Source of the DNA: Podarcis vaucheri
Lineage: Eukaryota
DNA: 64,000 bases
NCBI GenBank assembly: GCA_965113315.1
Contig: OZ220364.1
Direction: 5' to 3' (one strand)
Shown here: positions 60,801-64,000 of the stretch, in pieces
How the letters are laid out: every line of letters begins with the position of its first letter
Numbering within the stretch: position 1 is the first letter of the stretch
Notes under the pieces: model-generated
The model's input: the letters and a program-made list of their open reading frames with translations, nothing else
Told to the model about the DNA's origin: nothing
Database searches by the model: none
Translations under genes and position numbers: made by a program

Positions 60801-61748
60801 CTGGTAACTTCCTTTTTAAAATAAATAAATAAATGTGGGTTTCTATTACTGGTCCAGTGACCAAAGACCTGAGCTTCTCCACCTTCTAAGTGTCCACTAA
60901 ATCTTTAGTGCTGCTTTCACCCCAGAGAAAAGTATTCAGTTGCCATTGGCAGTGGAATGTTGGATCTCCCGCCGCTTTACAAAGCATTTAAGAGCATCTA
61001 AAGCAGGCTTTCCCAAACTTGAGTCTCCCGTCTGTTTTTGGACTACAACTCCCATCTTCCCTAGCTAGCAGGTCAGGGACGGTGGGATTTGTAGTCCAAA
61101 AACAGCTGGAGAGGCAAGTTTGGGAAAGCCTGATCTAAAGATGAACTGCTAAGAAAAGAACTAGAATTCTTTGTCTTGCACAGGAGTCAGCAAGGTTTAC
61201 TTGATAATTTTTGCCCAGTGCTTTTTCTCTGCAGAAATACCTTGCCCTGCAAATAGCATTATCCTCCATGAGCAGCATGCTGTTAAAGACTACTGACCGT
61301 AATGGCTGTGTTCCACTGTGGGAGGCAGTATGTCTCTGGACCCAAGTATGGGACTCTCAAATGGGGACAGTGCTGTGAATTCAGATTCTGCATCCCAACT
61401 TCCCATAGGCACCTGTTTGGCAAAAACAGGGCGCTGGATTAAGTGAGCCTTTGGACTGATCTAGCAAGGCTCTTAACTTTGCGTCTGATTGGTAAAGTAA
61501 AGCTTGATTGGAGCTGTTTGAATTTGGGGTGTGGTAGTAATGCTCTTCATTCTGCCTTAGGTTCAAATATGTTGTTAGTTGGTGTCCATGGACCTACAAC
61601 TCCTTGTGAAGAAGTATCTGTGAAACACCTTGGGAACCAACAGTACGGTGTAAAGTACGTCGTCAAGGAGAAGGGTGACTATATTCTAGCTGTGAAGTGG
61701 GGTGAAGAACACATTCCTGGAAGCCCCTTCCACGTTACAGTTCCCTAA
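6601..61748 (+). CDS. FLNB: Filamin-B, spliced CDS, exons 2-46 (5' partial, exon 1 outside window)
   Basis: 45 exons with AG/GT ends (one GC donor) whose phases chain into one ORF: CH domains, Ig-like repeats, two hinges, and C-terminus [19 protein letters not shown]-diagnostic peptides include [40 protein letters not shown] and VESVTRS. Confidence 0.97.
7995..8092 (+). CDS. FLNB: FLNB exon 3 (98 nt)
   Basis: ctag|GTCTC...TCAG|gtatg; [33 protein letters not shown]. Confidence 0.97.
8325..8530. mobile_element. Old mariner/Tigger-like MITE remnant
   Basis: TA-CAG start; internal similarity to the copy at about 51083-51290. Confidence 0.5.
9204..9351 (+). CDS. FLNB: FLNB exon 4 (148 nt)
   Basis: ccag|GTCAT...AGAG|gtgag; [49 protein letters not shown]. 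Confidence 0.97.
10864..10982 (+). CDS. FLNB: FLNB exon 5 (119 nt)
   Basis: gcag|GAATT...AGAG|gtatg; [40 protein letters not shown]. Confidence 0.96.
11373..11450 (+). CDS. FLNB: FLNB exon 6 (78 nt)
   Basis: ttag|GCCCT...CAAG|gtaag; [26 protein letters not shown]. Confidence 0.96.
12002..12164 (+). CDS. FLNB: FLNB exon 7 (163 nt)
   Basis: ccag|GTTAC...GCAG|gtaag; [37 protein letters not shown]. Confidence 0.96.
13403..13600 (+). CDS. FLNB: FLNB exon 8 (198 nt)
   Basis: gtag|GGGCT...GAAG|gtatg; [18 protein letters not shown]...HVGE. Confidence 0.96.
13989..14076 (+). other. Candidate poison (NMD) cassette exon in FLNB intron 8 (88 nt)
   Basis: Long CU-rich tract (about 13921-13988) with CTGAC branch-like motif, tttcag acceptor, TCG|gtaaga donor, and in-frame TAG at 14057-14059 when joined to exon 8. 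Confidence 0.6.
15377..15514 (+). CDS. FLNB: FLNB exon 9 (138 nt)
   Basis: gcag|CGTGC...CCAA|gtaag; [38 protein letters not shown]. Confidence 0.96.
17091..17217 (+). CDS. FLNB: FLNB exon 10 (127 nt)
   Basis: gcag|AAGGT...AAAG|gtgag; [42 protein letters not shown]. Confidence 0.95.
17355..17585 (+). mobile_element. Sauria SINE, truncated copy
   Basis: gtcaagtgcaagtaaataaataggtaccgct...tttaccttt tail, similar to the 34480 and 49562 copies. Confidence 0.8.
18283..18419 (+). CDS. FLNB: FLNB exon 11 (137 nt)
   Basis: atag|CCCAT...TTAG|gtaag; [40 protein letters not shown]. Confidence 0.96.
19187..19380 (+). CDS. FLNB: FLNB exon 12 (194 nt, GC donor)
   Basis: ttag|GTTTT...CAAG|gcaagt; [52 protein letters not shown]. 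Confidence 0.94.
19781..19894 (+). CDS. FLNB: FLNB exon 13 (114 nt)
   Basis: ttag|GTAAA...ACAG|gtaag; [38 protein letters not shown]. Confidence 0.96.
20595..20738 (+). CDS. FLNB: FLNB exon 14 (144 nt)
   Basis: acag|GATGC...CAGG|gtaag; [32 protein letters not shown]...NSPYR. Confidence 0.96.
21265..21480 (+). mobile_element. L2-like LINE 3' remnant
   Basis: Degenerate 3' end (aggcctttggcc...gggtggtatataaat) similar to 26370-26658 and 44630-45130. Confidence 0.5.
21760..21883 (+). CDS. FLNB: FLNB exon 15 (124 nt)
   Basis: ctag|GTCCA...GAAG|gtaac; [41 protein letters not shown]. Confidence 0.96.
22228..22388 (+). CDS. FLNB: FLNB exon 16 (161 nt)
   Basis: ctag|GTGAT...AGAG|gtatg; [45 protein letters not shown]. 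Confidence 0.96.
23289..23379 (+). CDS. FLNB: FLNB exon 17 (91 nt)
   Basis: tgaag|GAAAT...ACAG|gtgag; [30 protein letters not shown]. Confidence 0.95.
23850..24019 (+). CDS. FLNB: FLNB exon 18 (170 nt)
   Basis: ttag|GTGTG...GCAG|gtagg; [26 protein letters not shown]...YTPVQQ. Confidence 0.96.
26370..26658 (+). mobile_element. L2-like LINE 3' fragment
   Basis: Encodes degenerate RT tail [40 protein letters not shown]. Confidence 0.75.
26659..27022 (-). mobile_element. Sauria SINE nested in L2 tail
   Basis: Reverse complement of the 49562 copy; 14-bp TSD TATAGGGCAGTATA / TATAGGGTGGTATA. Confidence 0.9.
27685..27802 (+). CDS. FLNB: FLNB exon 19 (118 nt)
   Basis: ctag|GGTAG...AACA|gtaag; [39 protein letters not shown]. 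Confidence 0.96.
28619..28752. mobile_element. Palindromic hAT MITE
   Basis: Fold-back element, 8-bp TSD CTCTACTA / CTCTACCA. Confidence 0.88.
29372..29634 (+). CDS. FLNB: FLNB exon 20 (263 nt)
   Basis: tgaag|GAGTC...CAAG|gtaag; [25 protein letters not shown]...LPPDPSK. Confidence 0.95.
30731..31328 (+). CDS. FLNB: FLNB exon 21 (598 nt)
   Basis: ccag|GTGAG...AAAG|gtatg; [51 protein letters not shown]...GPGIEGK. Confidence 0.97.
31368..31885 (-). mobile_element. CR1 LINE 3' fragment
   Basis: Minus-strand ORF 31430-31840 [30 protein letters not shown]...RLDGHL is the CR1 ORF2 C-terminus. Confidence 0.92.
31976..32132. mobile_element. Tc1/mariner-type MITE (internally deleted)
   Basis: TA|CAGTGGTACCTC...GAGGTACCACTG|TA. 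Confidence 0.88.
32501..32674 (+). CDS. FLNB: FLNB exon 22 (174 nt)
   Basis: atag|ATGTT...AGAG|gtaaa; [27 protein letters not shown]. Confidence 0.96.
33197..33330. mobile_element. Palindromic hAT MITE
   Basis: Fold-back element, TSD TTCTAGAG / ATCTAGAG. Confidence 0.85.
33465..33627 (+). CDS. FLNB: FLNB exon 23 (163 nt)
   Basis: gcag|GTCCT...CTCG|gtaag; [32 protein letters not shown]. Confidence 0.96.
34213..34373 (+). CDS. FLNB: FLNB exon 24 (161 nt)
   Basis: gcag|AGGGG...CCTG|gtaag; [35 protein letters not shown]. Confidence 0.96.
34480..34831 (+). mobile_element. Sauria SINE
   Basis: tRNA-like head, ACCTTT tail, 11-bp TSD TAATGTATAAT (34466-34476 / 34832-34842). Confidence 0.92.
35030..35185 (-). 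mobile_element. Old tRNA-derived SINE
   Basis: Minus-strand head agtggctcagtggcagagcatcagct; similar heads at about 41480-41560 (-) and 63690-63830 (+). Confidence 0.6.
35498..35665 (+). CDS. FLNB: FLNB exon 25 (168 nt)
   Basis: gcag|GCAGT...AGAG|gtaac; [25 protein letters not shown]...TAPR. Confidence 0.96.
35969..36219. mobile_element. Mariner/Tigger-type MITE (second family)
   Basis: TA|CAGTTGTACCTTGG...CCAAGGTACGACTG|TA. Confidence 0.85.
37471..37563 (+). CDS. FLNB: FLNB alternative cassette exon (93 nt, 31 aa) between exons 25 and 26
   Basis: ttctag|CTGAT...ACAG|gtttga, phase 1/1; [31 protein letters not shown], resembling the recalled 31-aa insertion of the long human FLNB isoform. 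Confidence 0.9.
38789..38912 (+). CDS. FLNB: FLNB exon 26 (124 nt)
   Basis: ttag|GCTTG...GCAG|gtaag; [41 protein letters not shown]. Confidence 0.96.
39609..39765 (+). CDS. FLNB: FLNB exon 27 (157 nt)
   Basis: acag|CCCAT...GACT|gtaag; [25 protein letters not shown]. Confidence 0.96.
40991..41180 (+). CDS. FLNB: FLNB exon 28 (190 nt)
   Basis: tcag|GACCA...ACAG|gtaaa; [31 protein letters not shown]. Confidence 0.96.
42456..42703 (+). CDS. FLNB: FLNB exon 29 (248 nt)
   Basis: gtag|GTCCT...CATG|gtaag; [30 protein letters not shown]...NSPFTVM. Confidence 0.96.
43366..43443 (+). CDS. FLNB: FLNB exon 30, hinge-1 (H1) cassette exon (78 nt, 26 aa)
   Basis: ctag|GCTAC...CTGG|gtacc, phase 0/0; [26 protein letters not shown]. 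Confidence 0.92.
44065..44167 (+). CDS. FLNB: FLNB exon 31 (103 nt)
   Basis: atag|GTCAC...ACTG|gtaaa; [34 protein letters not shown]. Confidence 0.96.
44630..45130 (-). mobile_element. L2-like LINE 3' fragment
   Basis: Minus-strand [15 protein letters not shown], homologous to 26370-26658; duplicated AT-rich tail. Confidence 0.72.
45157..45224. repeat. Perfect 34-bp tandem duplication
   Basis: CATGGCAAACTCTATAGAGAGTTGTAGATGCCAC x2. Confidence 0.95.
45549..45689 (+). CDS. FLNB: FLNB exon 32 (141 nt)
   Basis: tcag|GGGAA...CCAG|gtgag; [25 protein letters not shown]...YMGSHIP. Confidence 0.96.
47672..47800 (+). CDS. FLNB: FLNB exon 33 (129 nt)
   Basis: gcag|AGAGC...GAGG|gtaag; [43 protein letters not shown]. 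Confidence 0.96.
48583..48756 (+). CDS. FLNB: FLNB exon 34 (174 nt)
   Basis: acag|GTGGC...ACAG|gtacg; [35 protein letters not shown]. Confidence 0.96.
49229..49387 (+). CDS. FLNB: FLNB exon 35 (159 nt)
   Basis: taaag|ATGAC...ATTG|gtaag; [53 protein letters not shown]. Confidence 0.95.
49562..49915 (+). mobile_element. Sauria SINE, full length
   Basis: gggacgcgggtggcactgtggg head with B-box ggttcgaatcc, ACCTTT tail, flanking tcttcca repeat. Confidence 0.93.
50024..50227 (+). CDS. FLNB: FLNB exon 36 (204 nt)
   Basis: gcag|GTATC...GCAG|gtcag; [20 protein letters not shown]...FIVDTRDA. Confidence 0.96.
50650..50802 (+). CDS. FLNB: FLNB exon 37 (153 nt)
   Basis: ctag|GTTAT...CCAG|gtaag; [51 protein letters not shown]. 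Confidence 0.96.
51501..51623 (+). CDS. FLNB: FLNB exon 38 (123 nt, 41 aa; segment skipped in filamin var-1; carries RRAPS phospho-motif)
   Basis: acag|GGAGC...CCAG|gtaag; [41 protein letters not shown]. Confidence 0.96.
52595..52825 (+). other. Candidate FLNC-like Ig20 insertion exon in FLNB intron 38 (231 nt, 77 aa, in frame)
   Basis: About 90-nt pyrimidine tract, catag acceptor, TGG|gtacgt donor, phase 1/1, no internal stop; [15 protein letters not shown]... resembles recalled FLNC [15 protein letters not shown]... Confidence 0.7.
54032..54298 (+). CDS. FLNB: FLNB exon 39 (267 nt)
   Basis: ttag|AAATC...CCAG|gtaag; [24 protein letters not shown]...[12 protein letters not shown]. Confidence 0.96.
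54529..54666 (+). CDS. FLNB: FLNB exon 40 (138 nt)
   Basis: acag|CTGAG...CCTG|gtatg; [39 protein letters not shown]. Confidence 0.96.
54759..54874 (+). CDS. FLNB: FLNB exon 41 (116 nt, ends in the ADAR recoding region)
   Basis: ccag|GTAAC...TCAG|gtgag; [39 protein letters not shown]. Confidence 0.96.
55291..55316 (+). promoter_or_regulatory. Candidate editing-complementary sequence (ECS) for FLNB exon 41
   Basis: TGAGGCTCTGGGGTGAGCACAGAGCA can pair with exon 54844-54873 TGCTCGTAGGCTCACTGTTATGAGCCTTCA in three ordered helices. Confidence 0.65.
56545..56980 (-). mobile_element. L2-like LINE 3' fragment
   Basis: AT-rich tail followed by degenerate L2 RT 3' sequence on the minus strand. Confidence 0.65.
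57362..57494 (+). CDS. FLNB: FLNB exon 42 (133 nt)
   Basis: ttag|GAGTC...CAAG|gtaag; [44 protein letters not shown]. Confidence 0.96.
57965..58101. mobile_element. Palindromic hAT MITE
   Basis: TSD ATGTAGAT / CTGTAGAT, CAGG...CCTG ends. Confidence 0.88.
58720..58896 (+). CDS. FLNB: FLNB exon 43 (177 nt)
   Basis: gcag|ATAAA...ACAG|gtgag; [41 protein letters not shown]. Confidence 0.96.
59703..59838. mobile_element. Palindromic hAT MITE
   Basis: Perfect 8-bp TSD CACTTGCC. Confidence 0.9.
60181..60399 (+). CDS. FLNB: FLNB exon 44 (219 nt)
   Basis: ccag|GGTTA...ACAG|gtaag; [34 protein letters not shown]...SPFKAKVT. Confidence 0.96.
60600..60803 (+). CDS. FLNB: FLNB exon 45 (204 nt, hinge 2)
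   Basis: gtag|GCCAG...GCTG|gtaac; [24 protein letters not shown]...VDCSKA. Confidence 0.96.
61004..61132. mobile_element. Palindromic hAT MITE
   Basis: Perfect 8-bp TSD ATCTAAAG. Confidence 0.9.
61561..61748 (+). CDS. FLNB: FLNB exon 46 coding part (dimerisation repeat 24, TAA stop)
   Basis: ttag|GTTCA...CCC TAA; [23 protein letters not shown]...[12 protein letters not shown]. Confidence 0.97.
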
Positions 61749-63210
61749 GTTCGTATTGTTTCAAAACATTCAGCTCTGTTCAAGTGAAATCCGAACAATT
61801 CAGTACTGTGAGCATTCCTGTGAGAAATAGAGTATACCTTCATGTATACAGAACACATTTTTTAATGCACCCCCAACTTAAATTCTGCAACTTTTTAAAA
61901 GTGTTCTATTTGTCTTAAGCGTCCCTCCTATACAAATGTAAACCAATGTACCTTTCGGATCGATATGCAATCATGTAACAAGGTCACTATCCTTTTTGTG
62001 GATTTTAGAATTTACATGTTAAACTGGAATTTGTGTTTGATAATTGGGTAGCTTAAACTACTGACTTTTGATGGACATTTTTTAGACTGGAAACTTTTTA
62101 AATTTAGCTGTAGAAAATCACTTTGGCTATTGCCAGTTAAAGTTCTTCTGTAAAGAAAATGAGGTAAAACTGGTACTTACTGTGCCTTTTGTATACTTGA
62201 TTTTTTTTTTAAAAAAACGTAACATTGAAAACTCTCAAGCGTTACAGCTAAACACTAAAACACCATAACAGAAAGCTTGGCTGTTTACATTAGCAGAAAA
62301 TGAAAACTGCAAGGGGTATCAAACTGTTCCTGGAAGTCTTTGCCTCTTTTGCTGTGTACAGTTACGATGCTAGCTTACTTTAACCATGATTGTTGTGATT
62401 GACAGGATGCCAAATCAGCTGATATTCTGCCACAGGTGCATTTTGCTGACACACAGTAGGTGCAACATGCAGGAACTCAGTTTCTCCCAAGCTTGTTTCT
62501 GCACTCAGTGTAAAATTCATGCTTGTGCAACTCACACGTTGGCTATGCTAGAAAGACGTTTATCTCCAGCACACGAGGCTCTTAGTTGAGTAACAAAAAG
62601 TAGCTTCTGACTTGCTCATCGTGTCCCTGATCATGATGATGTGAAAACTAGCCTAGTCAGCCAGTCAATATTAAGTGTACCTCTGAATGTTTCTGCTAAT
62701 GGTGCGAGTTTATTGAGCCTGTTCATGCACAAAGTGTTTATCCCCTTCATTGTTTTGGGATAAGGGAATGAGCACATGGCCGTTCCAGATTTCAAAAGAC
62801 ATTCCAGGTATGCAACTAATGGTTACTACAAAACTCCTGTGGCTTTTAGCAGATTCTCTCTTTCTCAAAGAGCTTTAAATGTGCCTAATGGAAGAAGAGA
62901 CTTGATGGAAATTTGTTCCCTCTGTTTAGAGAAAGATTTCTACTTGGTCAGCTTTATTTTTGTAGTAGTATATCAGTGCACTAAGTCCGAGCACAGATTC
63001 TTGGAGGTGGAGCTAGAGTAACAAGACATCCCTTTTTCTTTTCTTTTTTTACTGTGCTGTGTGCCTTAATGTGAAATGCTCACTACATTGTAAACTATAA
63101 GGAAAAGCAGAATAAACTGGAATAATTGCAAGATTGTAATATTGTATCCCATAACTTATTAAAAACCATGAATGTTGGCTTCATGAAATAAAATGTGCAT
63201 GTTAAAAACA
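61749..63210 (+). other. FLNB: FLNB 3' UTR (end approximate)
   Basis: AT-rich stretch with no recognisable repeats after the stop, ending in a cluster of poly(A) hexamers followed by a U-rich tract. Confidence 0.7.
63111..63192 (+). terminator. Polyadenylation signal cluster
   Basis: AATAAA 63111-63116, ATTAAA 63158-63163, AATAAA 63187-63192, downstream T-run at about 63233-63246. Confidence 0.7.
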
Positions 63211-64000
63211 AACTCAGGTGGGCTGCTAAGTATTTTTTTTTTTTTTGGTTTTGCCATGACTCATGTCTGTCTAAATGGACTAACTTGTATCATACCGGCA
63301 TCAAATGTCATTCCTGCTGGTGGTCGAAATAGCATAAGGCAACAAAGTGCCTTACAATAGTACGGAGATCTTGAACATGGACCATAATTGGCAATGGTAA
63401 AAGCAGATGTGCTCTTTAGTTCATCATGCATGATTTTAAACACACAGGCTCCCTAGCTCTTAAGACTGTCTCTGTGGCTGAGTTAGGTATGCTCTGTCTT
63501 TTCCACAGATTTTTACACTAAATATTCTAGGTCTTGTGCTGTGAAAACAAGCTAGCCCTTGGTCAAGTATTTAGCTCTTAAGCCTCCTACTTGTTTGCAT
63601 GGCTCTGCCCGAAGTCTACCCCAATCCCTAAAATCATTTGGTTCTTGCCATGCCATTGAAAGGCACTCTGAAGATCTGAATTTTGGGGAGGGGTTGTAGT
63701 TCAGTGGTAGAGTATACACTTTACATTCAGAGGAACCCAGGTTCAACTCCTGGCTTCTCCAGATAAAGACCACGTAGCAAATTATGTAAAATGTTTTTGT
63801 TTTTTTCCAGAGCTGCTGTCAGTTGACCGTAGCCAGCTTTCCCCTAACCCAGTGCCTTCCTGTTTTTTTGGACTACCAACTCATATGCACCCCATTTATC
63901 ATGGCCAATGGTTGGGATGGTGGGAGCTGGTAATCCAAAACATTGGGAGGGCACCAGGTTGAAAAAGTCTGAGCTGTGTTGACATGGAAGCAGCTCATCA

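Noticed and set aside
61746-61790. Stop-codon readthrough extension
   Set aside because: The TAA-G context is not a known leaky motif, and the next in-frame stop follows after about 12 codons.
62610-62680. SECIS- or C-box-like ATGATGA in the 3' UTR
   Set aside because: There is no in-frame TGA in the CDS and no convincing stem-loop by eye.
63210-64000. 3' end of a convergent neighbour (DNASE1L3 in mammals)
   Set aside because: No matching coding sequence is visible; the region holds only SINE and MITE remnants.

Overview
This is eukaryotic genomic DNA from a squamate reptile, probably a lacertid lizard, judged by Sauria-type SINEs, CR1/L2 LINE fragments and hAT/mariner MITEs. The window holds almost the entire filamin-B gene (FLNB) on the + strand: the end of intron 1, coding exons 2-46 (6601-61748), and the 3' UTR with poly(A) signals at about 63.1-63.2 kb. 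Exon 1 lies upstream of the window. All exon boundaries were read by eye. The phases chain into one open reading frame, and the exon lengths match human FLNB as recalled, except the hinge-1 exon. The most interesting signal is a hidden RNA-processing layer in the introns. (1) An apparently intact 231-nt exon in intron 38 encodes a diverged homolog of the Ig20 insertion usually described as filamin-C-specific. (2) An 88-nt stop-containing poison-exon candidate lies in intron 8. (3) The 93-nt cassette exon lies in intron 25. (4) QKI-type ACTAAY elements are placed around three cassette exons. (5) An intronic sequence complementary to the ADAR M/V and Q/R recoding site lies in intron 41. (6) Intron 12 is GC-AG. 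Comparisons to human proteins are from memory, not from database searches.
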